Source: a virus. From it: a stretch of DNA of 64,000 nt. Within the stretch, counting starts at the first letter, position 1. Each line of letters starts with the position of its first letter. The notes under the pieces were generated by a model. The model saw only the letters and a program-made list of their open reading frames with translations, ran no database searches and was not told the origin of the DNA. Position numbers and translations under genes: made by a program. Of this stretch, positions 8,549 through 18,033 are shown piece by piece. The stretch lies in the IMG/VR virus record IMGVR_UViG_3300033233_000036, positions 4,187 through 68,186 of that record; one strand, given 5' to 3'.

Positions 8549-8816
8549 AATCAACAGGAAGATCCTGAGGATTCTCTAATGATACATCAAAAATCATTGG
8601 ATGGCAAAGCTCGTCAATCAAATAAAAAGATGACTTGTAGAGATCTTCAGGTTCCCAACGACGTTGTTCATCTGATTTTTTGATGATTTCAGAATCTTCC
8701 ATCACAAAGTCTGGAAGTTCATCAAAAGTAAATGGAATATGATTGATAAAGTACATCAAAACAATTTCAGTTCCTTTGTTGTACCAGCAATATGCTTTTT
8801 CAATCTTATATCCCAT
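8547..8816 (-). CDS. Hypothetical phage protein
   Basis: 89-aa ORF preceded by a CTAAATA late-promoter motif inside a hairpin. Confidence 0.7.
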   Translation of the reverse strand: MGYKIEKAYCWYNKGTEIVLMYFINHIPFTFDELPDFVMEDSEIIKKSDEQRRWEPEDLYKSSFYLIDELCHPMIFDVSLENPQDLPVD

Positions 8817-8848
8817 ATTGCTTTCCCTTTTGCATATTTAGAAGGGAA

Positions 8849-8932
8849 TAGGAGAAGGGGGACTTGAACCCCCACGGGCATACGCCCAACAGATTTTAAG
8901 TCTGGTGTGTCTACCGATTCCACCACCCTCCC
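8849..8932 (-). tRNA. tRNA-Leu (TAA)
   Basis: Class II cloverleaf, loop CTTAAAA, GGGC/GCCC variable arm. Confidence 0.93.
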
Positions 8933-8959
8933 AGAATGGAGAGGAAAATCCTCTCCAGC

Positions 8960-9007
8960 ACTTCCTTCACACAAGACTATAATACCCCATGTGAAGGAAC
9001 TTGTCAA
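8960..9007 (-). promoter_or_regulatory. Sigma70-type promoter with GTGTGAAGGAAGT leader
   Basis: TTGACA-17 nt-TATTAT; same leader and spacing as 6200-6247. Confidence 0.75.
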
Positions 9008-9015
9008 CTGTTAAA

Positions 9016-9654
9016 TCAGACTTCTACTTGAATCAGTTTAGAAGCATAATCATGGGCATATGATGTGCGAGCACCATGATGTCCCCAACCAATCCAACTG
9101 TACGCATAGTCCATGTAAGAGTAGATGGATTTACCAGGAGTTTTCATCTTCTCCTCAATCCTCTTCCATTGAACTTCATTTGTTAGATAACGAAGTTGCG
9201 TTTGAAGTGATGATGGAGAACCACCATACTTCTTAGCGAAATCACCCAATCCATGATAACGGTTGGCAGATGTCCATTGAATCAATCCATAACCGCCGTA
9301 GCAGTTTCTGTATGACGTTATACTACCACCTTCACAAACACTAGATTGGAATGTTGATTCCTGTTTAATGTTGCCCATGATGGTAGCAAGGGCGTTTCTG
9401 TCTTTAATTCCAATGTCTTGGAAGTAATCAAGAGCGTTTTGCTCTACATTTGAACACCCTTTACAAATTAGCCTTTTCTCTTTTGGTTTTTCGGGAGCAA
9501 CCTCTCGGATTGCTGTCTTGGTATCAAACTCCTTAATAATAGAAAATAGTGGTAATCCACTCACTGGAGGAGGAGGAAATATACCAGGCAGTGTTGCCAT
9601 GGGGGTTGTAACCGATGCCAGAAGGGGCAGGGCTACTGTAAAGAAATTTTGCAT
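9016..9654 (-). CDS. Phage tail-lysozyme-family muramidase with hydrophobic N-terminus
   Basis: IMGNIKQES and GYGLIQWT motifs; probable start MQNFF at 9654. Confidence 0.8.
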   Translation of the reverse strand: MQNFFTVALPLLASVTTPMATLPGIFPPPPVSGLPLFSIIKEFDTKTAIREVAPEKPKEKRLICKGCSNVEQNALDYFQDIGIKDRNALATIMGNIKQESTFQSSVCEGGSITSYRNCYGGYGLIQWTSANRYHGLGDFAKKYGGSPSSLQTQLRYLTNEVQWKRIEEKMKTPGKSIYSYMDYAYSWIGWGHHGARTSYAHDYASKLIQVEV

Positions 9655-9780
9655 TAACTCCGATAGAATTCGACATCCCAATAGAAAGGGGGTATACCAA
9701 CCCTCTCGGGAGGCACTTTCCTGGGCTCTAGGTTACATCTCAAAAACTTATAATTAAAACTGGATGTTTCAGTATTTATT

Positions 9781-10023
9781 TTAAAGATCTGTTAGGACTT
9801 TTTTCAATAGTTCAATTACAGGTTGATTGCGATTGTATTTTGTAATACCACCTTTTTTAAGAATTGGATTTCCATTTAAAGGAGCTGGTTCATATACTTC
9901 ATATTCATAACTATGACTACCAGCCAATCCTCTAGCAGTTGTATTCCAAATTCGAATTTCAGCAAGTGTTTTACTGTTGATAGTCATACCATGAGGTTCA
10001 AGTTCAACCTTTACCCGAATCAT
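9781..10023 (-). CDS. Hypothetical protein
   Basis: 80-aa ORF on the coding strand. Confidence 0.6.
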   Translation of the reverse strand: MIRVKVELEPHGMTINSKTLAEIRIWNTTARGLAGSHSYEYEVYEPAPLNGNPILKKGGITKYNRNQPVIELLKKVLTDL

Positions 10024-10049
10024 ATGTGTCCATTGAAAAAAACATCATA

Positions 10050-10406
10050 TCAGGTGTCTAGGAGACTTGGCAAGGCGTCTTTAAACAAGCTTATAAAATA
10101 TTCTGCATCTACAACCACTAGTGGTTTTTTATGGTTTTTTTTCATGATAACAATCGGTTCATACTTACCACAATTGGATTTAGCTTGTTCATAAGCTTCC
10201 CATACGTTGAGTTTCTCTACGTTCTTACACTCAATACTCATGGGAAACTTTTCTCTTGCAGATCTAGACATGATCAGATCTTCTCCGCCTGCACCCATAG
10301 AACGAGATTCAATATCTTCAGGATGCACATCAAGCATTTCAATAAGCTTATCTCTAACCCACTTTTGAAGATTCCTCCCCTTCGCTTTTGCACTCTGAGT
10401 TTTCAT
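10050..10406 (-). CDS. PD-(D/E)xK nuclease, Holliday-junction-resolvase-like
   Basis: KAKGR..Q, GGEDL and IECK motifs. Confidence 0.7.
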   Translation of the reverse strand: MKTQSAKAKGRNLQKWVRDKLIEMLDVHPEDIESRSMGAGGEDLIMSRSAREKFPMSIECKNVEKLNVWEAYEQAKSNCGKYEPIVIMKKNHKKPLVVVDAEYFISLFKDALPSLLDT

Positions 10407-10554
10407 TCTTTATACCTTTCAACCTTTTCCAATCAGTCTTCATTGCTCCTAGAGCCCACGACTGACTCAAACTCTTAGGGCCATTCTCCAAGAGCTCTTG
10501 TTGATATTTAGTCACTTTCTTTAACGAAAGGTATTCAGATTTCCAATCATCCAT
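10354..10554 (-). CDS. Hypothetical phage protein
   Basis: Probable start MDDWKSEYL, overlapping the upstream stop. Confidence 0.6.
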   Translation of the reverse strand: MDDWKSEYLSLKKVTKYQQELLENGPKSLSQSWALGAMKTDWKRLKGIKNENSECKSEGEESSKVG

Positions 10555-11650
10555 AATGATAAGCAGGTTTGTTTGTTTTTTGAGGTAGTTTACCACTTCT
10601 AACACGGGTGCCAGAAGTCTCGCCGTATCCTTCAGGGTGTTTCCCTGGTTGAGATCCACCGATTGAATCAGATTTCATTTTACTACCTTTTTCAGTATAA
10701 TGCAACTTGGCTTGCTTTTCTTTATCTTTTGTGATAACGGATTCCTGTCCGTGCTTGCGTCCCAACCTACGGGTTACTTTTCCAAATTTTCTTTTTGACA
10801 TACTTTCTGGTTTGGATATCTGATAAGAAACTTCTCTACCTGTTCCCTCTCCAGAAGAATACTTATATTCACCAACTCCTTTCTTATATCCAATACCATG
10901 TTTCTGAAGTCCTTTCTCTAAAGACTTTCTTGATTCTCTATTCTTATTTTCATCAGATCCACGATCAGCAGAAATGTGTCCAGTCACTTGAGTCTTCGAT
11001 TTCTGTAACATTCTTGCAGTGGGATTACCTTCTGCAATTAATAGAAAATCAACAAATGAAATTCTTCCTTCTCTAATTTTAGCCATTTGTACTCCTGTTT
11101 TTGGATTTCTTTCGCCCATACCAAGTTTCTGATAGATCCTACCTCTTTGTTCGGAACCTTCATTATCACTTCTTTTTCTCTTCTTACCTGAGGAACTGAT
11201 GGCCGTGGGTGTATTCGTCGCAATACCCTTTCTTGACTTGACTTCACCTGCAACATGTTTCAACCCCCGTACAAACGCTCTGGCACGTTGCCCAGGTTCT
11301 TTAATTTTCGACTTAGGGGAACCAACAGTAATGTCATGAACCTCGGTATCTTTCTTTGCACCAGTCTGATGCAATTGCGTTCTTAAGGCCTTAACGTTTG
11401 GTTTCTCACCTTCTTTATGTTTTTGTCTTGCAGTATGAGCAGCATAATCTCTAGGAGTTTTATGACTTCTTACCCATACAGGAACATCATCACCACTCTT
11501 CGTTACTTTTGGTTCTTCTACTGGACCTCTTTTACGAAATCCAGCTCTTGCAACATCTTTTCTTGCAGCACCTTCAGAACCAGGAATATTCATTGTTCCT
11601 GATTTTTTTTTCTTTGCGGTTTGCATTAAGATTCTTTCTACAAGAGTCAT
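10547..11650 (-). CDS. Basic late protein, probable head-internal two-module protein
   Basis: Lys/Gly-rich, two ATAAATA late motifs upstream, internal IREG-RISFVDFLLIAEG junction. Confidence 0.6.
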   Translation of the reverse strand: MTLVERILMQTAKKKKSGTMNIPGSEGAARKDVARAGFRKRGPVEEPKVTKSGDDVPVWVRSHKTPRDYAAHTARQKHKEGEKPNVKALRTQLHQTGAKKDTEVHDITVGSPKSKIKEPGQRARAFVRGLKHVAGEVKSRKGIATNTPTAISSSGKKRKRSDNEGSEQRGRIYQKLGMGERNPKTGVQMAKIREGRISFVDFLLIAEGNPTARMLQKSKTQVTGHISADRGSDENKNRESRKSLEKGLQKHGIGYKKGVGEYKYSSGEGTGREVSYQISKPESMSKRKFGKVTRRLGRKHGQESVITKDKEKQAKLHYTEKGSKMKSDSIGGSQPGKHPEGYGETSGTRVRSGKLPQKTNKPAYHYG

Positions 11651-11692
11651 CGATATTTATTAAAGGCTCTAAGTATTTATAAGCTAGAGCAT

Positions 11693-11752
11693 CCTTATGA
11701 ACCCTTACAGAGTTATTTTACACATAAAAAAAGGGGGCGTCAAGCCCCCTTC
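11693..11752 (-). terminator. Rho-independent terminator after nrdB overlapping a sigma70-type promoter
   Basis: GGGGGC-TTGAC-GCCCCC-T7; TTGACG-17 nt-TAAAAT. Confidence 0.75.
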
Positions 11753-11770
11753 CAATATTATTCAAAAATT

Positions 11771-12910
11771 TTAAAGTTTAAATCCAGCAAATGTATCGGA
11801 AGAAACATCTTGTTTGATTCCACCGACAATATATGATTCCACCTCAGTCTCCTGTGGCGCTACCTGCATCCCTTTAGAACTGATCCAATGTTCAGTCCAT
11901 GGTAAAGGATTATTTTTAGATGAAACATCATACATCGGTTTAATACCAATCGCTTTCATACGACGATTAGCAACCCACTCAACATATTGTTGAAGAAGTT
12001 TATCATTCAAACCAATCATAGAACCATCTTTGAACAAATATTCTGCCCAAAGTTTCTCTTCATCTACCGTTCTTTTAAACATTTCATAAACATATCCCTC
12101 TTCTTCTGCAGCAATTTGCTGCATTTCTGGATCATCTCCTTCTTTCCATTTATTGATAATATTTTGTGTAATGACAAGATGCTGATTTTCGTCTCTGGCG
12201 ATGAGAGAGATAATTTTAGCGGATCCTTCCATAAGTTTGAGTTCACCAAACGCAAAGCTGCAAGCGAACGAGACATAGAATCTGATACCTTCGAGAATAT
12301 TGACATTAGTAATTGCACGATAGAGTTTTCTTTTAATTTCTAATATTTCTTCTTTAGTGCCATAATTCTGTGATGAATTAATAAAATCATCATATGATTC
12401 AGTTACAGATTTAGCCCTACTAAGAATTCTCTCATCCCGAAGAATAGTATTAAATACATCTCCAGGATTTGAATAAACATTTTTGATAATATAAGTATAG
12501 GAACGTGAGTGTATCATCTCCATAAACTCCCAGACTTTCATACACGCTTCCAGTTCTGGCAGTGAACAGTGTGGAGAAAATGCCATTCCAGGGCCTCTTC
12601 CCTGAACACTATCCAACATAATTTGATACTTCAAATTAGAAGTAAAGATGTGTTTCTGTTCTGGACGTAATGTATGATAATCAGCTCGATCCTTTTGAAG
12701 AGATACTTCTTCAGGCCTCCAAAAATAACCAAGTTGTTGTGTAGTTAGTTTTTCAAAGATTGGATATTTATATTCATCATATCTTTGTATTCCAAGAGGT
12801 TGTCCAAAAAACATTGGTTGTTTTTTAAGATCAACTTCATCAGTATTAAATACAGTCATTCTATTCACATCATTTTTTTCCAATTTTACTTCAAATTTTA
12901 CAGGATTCAC
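11771..12910 (-). CDS. nrdB: Ribonucleotide reductase class Ia beta subunit
   Basis: FWRPEE, EMIHSRSY, EGIRF, RDENQH, APQETE. Confidence 0.96.
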   Translation of the reverse strand: MNPVKFEVKLEKNDVNRMTVFNTDEVDLKKQPMFFGQPLGIQRYDEYKYPIFEKLTTQQLGYFWRPEEVSLQKDRADYHTLRPEQKHIFTSNLKYQIMLDSVQGRGPGMAFSPHCSLPELEACMKVWEFMEMIHSRSYTYIIKNVYSNPGDVFNTILRDERILSRAKSVTESYDDFINSSQNYGTKEEILEIKRKLYRAITNVNILEGIRFYVSFACSFAFGELKLMEGSAKIISLIARDENQHLVITQNIINKWKEGDDPEMQQIAAEEEGYVYEMFKRTVDEEKLWAEYLFKDGSMIGLNDKLLQQYVEWVANRRMKAIGIKPMYDVSSKNNPLPWTEHWISSKGMQVAPQETEVESYIVGGIKQDVSSDTFAGFKL

Positions 12911-15200
12911 AATCTTCTTCCTCCGAACTTAATACTTCTGAAACAAGGGTTTCTAATGATTTTTTCACATCTTCATAATTATCAGTCTTAATATCATATG
13001 TATTTTGATAATAAGATGTCTTCCAACCTAGTTTATAAGTAGTAAGAAGATCTTGAGCCATTACTGAGACTGGAACTTCATTGTCTGGATAGTTTTCTGG
13101 GTTGTATGACCAGTTTCCACTGATGGCTTGATCAAAGAACTTTTGCATAATGGCGACAATATTAATATAACCGATATTGTCAGGCATATCCCATAGAAGA
13201 GTATAATTGTTTTTGAGAGTTCCATATTGAGGTACAATTTGTTTGAGTGGGCCTTTTTTGGATTTTTTTACAGATAAGTATCCACGGGGAGGTTCAATTC
13301 CATTTGTAGCATTAGATACAACAGAACTACTCTCCGAAGGCATTTGTGCAGAAAGAGTTGAGTTTCTCAGTCCATGTTCTAAAATAGAAGCCCTAAGAGA
13401 TTCCCAATCATAAAAATATGCAGGTGCTACAAGTCCATCAACATCCTTTTTGTAAGTATCGATAGGAAGAATACCATCAGAATACTTAGTACGATCAAAG
13501 TATCCACAACGTCCTTTTTCTTTGGCAAGTTCATTGGAAGATTTGAGTAGATAGTATTGGAATGCTTCTGACAAATCATGAACTAATTTCCAAGCACTTG
13601 GATCATCGTAATGTTCTCCATGTTTAGCAAGATAATGAGCCAATCCAATATAACCAACACCAAGAGATCTACGATTTTTAGTTGAAATCTCTGCAGCTTT
13701 AACTGGATATCCTTGATAATCAATCAATTCATCCAATGAACGAACAGAAAGATCACAAAGTTCTTCAAGATCATCTAGATTTTTAAGTTTTCCAACATTA
13801 ATTGCAGAAAGAATACAAAGTGCAATCTCTCCATTTTCATCATCAATATGATTAAAAGGTTTTGTTGGAAGTGTAATCTCTTGACAAAGATTACTCATTT
13901 CAACCTTATCCTTAAAAGAAGAATGAGAATTACAATGATCGATATTCATAATGTAAATCCGACCCGTTTCTGCACGTTCTTTTAAAAGTGAAAGAATGAG
14001 TTCTTGAGCTCCGATAGTTTTTCTTGGAATAGATGCATTTCGTTCTGCATCCACATAAAGGTTGTCAAATCTATCAGTGCCAAAAGCATCATACAAACCA
14101 GGAACATCATGTGGGGAGAAGAGTGTGATTTCTCCGTTTTGAATGAATCGTTCATAGAAGATCTTGCTGATTTGAATAGAATAATCTAACTTACGAACAC
14201 GATTATCTTCGGTTCCTTTGTTGTTTTTAAGGACAAGAATGTCTTCTATCTCTTGGTGCCAGATCGGGAAGTGGACTGTCGCACTTCCTCCTCGTATGCC
14301 ATTTTGCGTACAGCAACGGACAGTTGCTTCAAACTTTTTGAGAAATGGTATAACTCCAGTGTGAGCCACTTCACCCCCTCTAATTTTGCTGTTGAGAGAA
14401 CGGATTCTACCTGCGTTGATACCGATTCCTGCCCTTTGAGCAACATAGCGACCAATAGCCATGTCACTGCTAAAGATGCTATCGAGGGAGTCATCAACAT
14501 CAACAAGAACACAAGACGCAAATTGTCGAAGTGTTGTTCTAACTCCTGCCATGATAGGAGTTGGAATGTTGATTTTGTGTTTGCTGATTGCGTCATAATA
14601 CCTCTTCACATATGAAAGTCTAGTTTCTTTAGAATATTCGGAAAAAATAACCATAGCAATAAGCATGTACATGAACTGTGGAGTTTCAAATACTTTTCCA
14701 CTGCTACGATCCTGAACCAAATATTTATCAACTACTTGACGAAGCCCAGCATATGTGAATAAAAAATCACGATCATGATCTATATAATTATTCAGTTCTT
14801 CAAACTCAACATAATTATATTTTTTGATTATTTCTGAATCATAAATTCCCTTATCAATTCCATCAAACACATGTTGTGAAAGGTTTGGAAGTTCCATCAT
14901 CTTACCAAAGATTTGTTTGCGAACAGCAAACAACAAAAGTCTTGCAGCAACAAATTGATAGTTTGGATTATCCAAAGTGATGAGATCACTAGCAGCACGA
15001 ATCAAAATTTCTTGTATTTCTGCAGTAGTAATTCCATCATAAAATTGAATTCCAGATTGCATCTCCACCTGAGATGCAGAAACTCCAGTCAAACCATCAC
15101 ATGCCATATCCACCATGATATGCATTTTATCTAGATCTAGATGTTCGACAGTTCCTTTTCTTTTTTTTACTTTAATTCCGTTGCTCATACTTTCTTCCAT
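12891..15200 (-). CDS. nrdA: Ribonucleotide reductase class Ia alpha subunit
   Basis: ATP cone, ASC, SNLCQEI, C-terminal CESCKI; probable start 15188. Confidence 0.97.
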   Translation of the reverse strand: MEESMSNGIKVKKRKGTVEHLDLDKMHIMVDMACDGLTGVSASQVEMQSGIQFYDGITTAEIQEILIRAASDLITLDNPNYQFVAARLLLFAVRKQIFGKMMELPNLSQHVFDGIDKGIYDSEIIKKYNYVEFEELNNYIDHDRDFLFTYAGLRQVVDKYLVQDRSSGKVFETPQFMYMLIAMVIFSEYSKETRLSYVKRYYDAISKHKINIPTPIMAGVRTTLRQFASCVLVDVDDSLDSIFSSDMAIGRYVAQRAGIGINAGRIRSLNSKIRGGEVAHTGVIPFLKKFEATVRCCTQNGIRGGSATVHFPIWHQEIEDILVLKNNKGTEDNRVRKLDYSIQISKIFYERFIQNGEITLFSPHDVPGLYDAFGTDRFDNLYVDAERNASIPRKTIGAQELILSLLKERAETGRIYIMNIDHCNSHSSFKDKVEMSNLCQEITLPTKPFNHIDDENGEIALCILSAINVGKLKNLDDLEELCDLSVRSLDELIDYQGYPVKAAEISTKNRRSLGVGYIGLAHYLAKHGEHYDDPSAWKLVHDLSEAFQYYLLKSSNELAKEKGRCGYFDRTKYSDGILPIDTYKKDVDGLVAPAYFYDWESLRASILEHGLRNSTLSAQMPSESSSVVSNATNGIEPPRGYLSVKKSKKGPLKQIVPQYGTLKNNYTLLWDMPDNIGYINIVAIMQKFFDQAISGNWSYNPENYPDNEVPVSVMAQDLLTTYKLGWKTSYYQNTYDIKTDNYEDVKKSLETLVSEVLSSEEEDCESCKI

Positions 15201-16177
15201 TCGGTGAATTTAATTTTTGCTTCTAAACCAGAATATGTGTTACATTCTACCACACGTTGAACATCTCGTCCAGATAGTACCATATCATTAATATCTTTTT
15301 CTTTTATTGACGATGGCCAAATAACAATTTTTTCTCCTTTGTTAATACAACTTTCATATCTTTTGATGATTTGGGAATTTCTTGGTTCGTTGTCATAAAC
15401 AAATGTCCTACAAGGGTAAGATACATTATCAAGTACAACATCAGCCCCACACATCGCCAATCCGTTAGACAAGAAAAGAGAGTCAAATGGACCCTCTGTA
15501 ATGTAAATATTTTCATTAGGATTTATACGATCAAGTCCAAATAATTTAGGATATTCCTCATCCAAGATGGTGGTAATATAACGTAATTTTGAATTTTTAT
15601 CCAAAGATCTTGCTTGATATCCGAAAACATTTCCTTCTTTTGTAATGAGTGGCAGGATGATTCTTGATTCTTTAAAGTCATTTGGAATATTTGACCAGCG
15701 ATTGTAATCTTCTACAAAATAAAACTTTGAGAAAAATTTCTCGGGTATTTGTCTGTCGATTAGATACTGTTTTGCTGGATGTCTAGTATTTAGATTCGAG
15801 ATTTTATCCAAACCTTTAAAGTGTTCAAGTTCTTTAATTTTTTTAAAGATTGGTTTTGCAGTTTTAAATTCTGGAGAAGGTGTGACAGTACCTTTTCCTG
15901 TAATACCTTCTCTATATCTCTCTAAAATATATTCCTTATAAAGAGGTTCATCTAAATCTTTTAAAAAGTAAGTAAAAGATCTAGTGACTCCACAATTGTG
16001 ACACTTAAAGTTATGATCGTTTTTATTTCTGTAAATATACCCTCTGGTTTTATTTTTATGTCGTTGAGAATCTCCACAATAAGGGCATCGAAAATTGTAT
16101 AATCCGTCTTTCTTTTTTGCAAACTTATCCAATCGGGAAGATACTAACCCGATGTATTTGGAATCAATAAAACTCAT
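15185..16177 (-). CDS. 61: DNA primase (gp61)
   Basis: CPYCGDS...CHNC zinc finger, EGPFDS toprim, KDIND. Confidence 0.95.
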   Translation of the reverse strand: MSFIDSKYIGLVSSRLDKFAKKKDGLYNFRCPYCGDSQRHKNKTRGYIYRNKNDHNFKCHNCGVTRSFTYFLKDLDEPLYKEYILERYREGITGKGTVTPSPEFKTAKPIFKKIKELEHFKGLDKISNLNTRHPAKQYLIDRQIPEKFFSKFYFVEDYNRWSNIPNDFKESRIILPLITKEGNVFGYQARSLDKNSKLRYITTILDEEYPKLFGLDRINPNENIYITEGPFDSLFLSNGLAMCGADVVLDNVSYPCRTFVYDNEPRNSQIIKRYESCINKGEKIVIWPSSIKEKDINDMVLSGRDVQRVVECNTYSGLEAKIKFTEWKKV

Positions 16178-16190
16178 TACAAAAAGAATA

Positions 16191-16619
16191 CTACTTTGTT
16201 GTTTCTATCCTACCTGTATCTTGTGTCTGTGTCAAGATGTGAGTAACTAATCCTGAATTATTGATTGTAAAACTTACTGCTGCCAGAACTCCAATACCAA
16301 CCCAAACTTTTTTTTCTAATCCTTGCAACTTTGATAATACCGCAGTATGATCCTTATCCATTTTATCTTTCAACTGATCCATTTTTGTAAAGAGTATATC
16401 TTCTATCTTTTCCCCATTATTAATTTTTTCTTCGTGAACTACAAGCATTTTAGTTACATTTGCATTTACTTCACTTATTTTTTCAATTGCACTCTCAATA
16501 CGTTGCATCAACTGCTCACTTGTATGGATTTTCTCCTCAAGGATTGCAACCTTTGTTTCTATTGTTTGAGAGGGACTATACATTGAATTAATTATTGTGA
16601 GGTATTTTTTCTCATCCAA
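16191..16619 (-). CDS. Coiled-coil protein with C-terminal transmembrane helix
   Basis: Heptad-rich, VWVGIGVLAAVSF segment; start may be MYSPS at 16583. Confidence 0.65.
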   Translation of the reverse strand: MDEKKYLTIINSMYSPSQTIETKVAILEEKIHTSEQLMQRIESAIEKISEVNANVTKMLVVHEEKINNGEKIEDILFTKMDQLKDKMDKDHTAVLSKLQGLEKKVWVGIGVLAAVSFTINNSGLVTHILTQTQDTGRIETTK

Positions 16620-16789
16620 GGTTTACGAGATCCTTTCCCCAAATAAATTCTTTTTTTAATTCCTGGAGGTTGATCTGGAGGCAAACCAGCAATATTACCA
16701 CTAGATGCATTATTTGTAGGAACAGAAGCAACTACTCCATCTTCATGCAAAGATCTAATTATATCAATAATTCTATCTAACTTACTCAT
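16592..16789 (-). CDS. Hypothetical protein
   Basis: 65-aa ORF, ATGA-coupled. Confidence 0.6.
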   Translation of the reverse strand: MSKLDRIIDIIRSLHEDGVVASVPTNNASSGNIAGLPPDQPPGIKKRIYLGKGSRKPWMRKNTSQ

Positions 16790-17166
16790 TGCAGTTGGTT
16801 AAGTTGTTCTAAAGAATATTTATCGCAAGGAATTTCTTGAAGGGCTGTTTTAGGGTATTCTGGAATACGATCCAAAAATACCAAAAAGCTTTTTAAAGTT
16901 GGCCACAATTCATCTTCCAATTTTAAAAATAAAAGAGGGATTGTAGCATCATTAAAAATATTAAACAAAGTAATTATATGATTAATGATAAGATGAATTT
17001 GCAAATCCCCAGTTTTTTTATATCGTTTTACCAATCTTTTAACATACTTAAATTTCTTCATATCATCGAAGAAATCTTCTTTTGTTGTAGACTGGGGATT
17101 ATCGTAATATTTTATTGCAAATAAAAGATAGTTATCTTCATTCAACTCATCAAATCTCATAATCAA
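16786..17166 (-). CDS. Conserved T4-like phage hypothetical protein
   Basis: FAIKYYDNP...NHII motif recognised from T4-like phages. Confidence 0.7.
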   Translation of the reverse strand: MIMRFDELNEDNYLLFAIKYYDNPQSTTKEDFFDDMKKFKYVKRLVKRYKKTGDLQIHLIINHIITLFNIFNDATIPLLFLKLEDELWPTLKSFLVFLDRIPEYPKTALQEIPCDKYSLEQLNQLQ

Positions 17167-17176
17167 TTAATTAATA

Positions 17177-17734
17177 TTAAGTGTTTCTAAAGAATGCATT
17201 ATCTGATGCATCTCCAGGTGCAGTATATGAAGGAGTTCCAGTAGTAATACCCGAGAATGCAACTAAAGTTTCTGATTTAACTCTATAGTTTCCATGTTGA
17301 TCGACATAGGTATGAATACCAACCCAACCAGCATGAGCAACTTTATACTTAGTAGTATAAGCAATACCAGCTTCAATTGTATCTACACCAAAAATAGCAC
17401 TTGTTGGTTTAGTAGTAGTAACTCCAGTAACATTATGATTGTAATTGGAATCCTCAAGAGCAAAAATTGGAGAATTTGACATTGTGAATGCAACGCCAGA
17501 AATTGCAGCACCACTCAAATATTGAGTTGTTGCAATTGAAATAACTCTTTCAGAAGTTATTCCAGAAACTAGTGCCTTACCAAAAGTTCCACCAACACCA
17601 ATGGTGATTACAGTTCTAGTAGTAATTCCAGCTGATCTAAAGGATGTACCAGTACCTGTGATTGTTTCAGTTGCGTAATTGACAGTAATAGTTCCTGGTG
17701 AGTAAATTCCGTCTGCTGAACCCCAAAGAGCCAT
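17177..17734 (-). CDS. Putative virion structural protein
   Basis: MALWG start, HAGWV...RVKSETLVA, Thr/Gly-rich, TATAAATA upstream. Confidence 0.7.
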   Translation of the reverse strand: MALWGSADGIYSPGTITVNYATETITGTGTSFRSAGITTRTVITIGVGGTFGKALVSGITSERVISIATTQYLSGAAISGVAFTMSNSPIFALEDSNYNHNVTGVTTTKPTSAIFGVDTIEAGIAYTTKYKVAHAGWVGIHTYVDQHGNYRVKSETLVAFSGITTGTPSYTAPGDASDNAFFRNT

Positions 17735-17820
17735 ATTCTTTACCTATAAAATTCTTTTTCTTATAATATTTATAAACAAAAGAGATCTCACTTTTGATCT
17801 CTTTTCACCATATACAAAAG

Positions 17821-18000
17821 TTAAGGAGTTATATCCTTAGCACCCTTTGACTTCAAAGCATTTTGTGCTTGAATAAGAATGAGTGAAAGAATACCATTTG
17901 ATTTTACCTTTGGATTTGCTCCAAGTGCTTCTGAAATTGCAAACAATACTGTTGCGATAAGTGCTTGGTTAGCAATTGCCCATGCGATTACTGCCGACAT
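17821..18000 (-). CDS. Small hydrophobic late protein (holin-like)
   Basis: Manual translation: MSAVIAWAIANQALIATVLFAISEALGANPKVKSNGILSLILIQAQNALKSKGAKDITP; GAGG SD and ATAAATA upstream. Confidence 0.65.
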   Translation of the reverse strand: MSAVIAWAIANQALIATVLFAISEALGANPKVKSNGILSLILIQAQNALKSKGAKDITP

Positions 18001-18033
18001 AATGACCTCGTGTGAAGGATCTTGTCTTATTTA

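Noticed and set aside
11771-15200. Introns or inteins in nrdA/nrdB (also checked by eye in gp43, gp41, gp17, gp20)
   Set aside because: The ORFs are continuous and of normal length, with no C/S...HN intein motifs seen.
16592-16619. A_AAA_AAU heptamer at the end of the 65-aa ORF with the next ORF in the -1 frame
   Set aside because: A-runs are common in this genome, no stimulatory structure is visible, and the downstream ORF has its own ATG at 16583.
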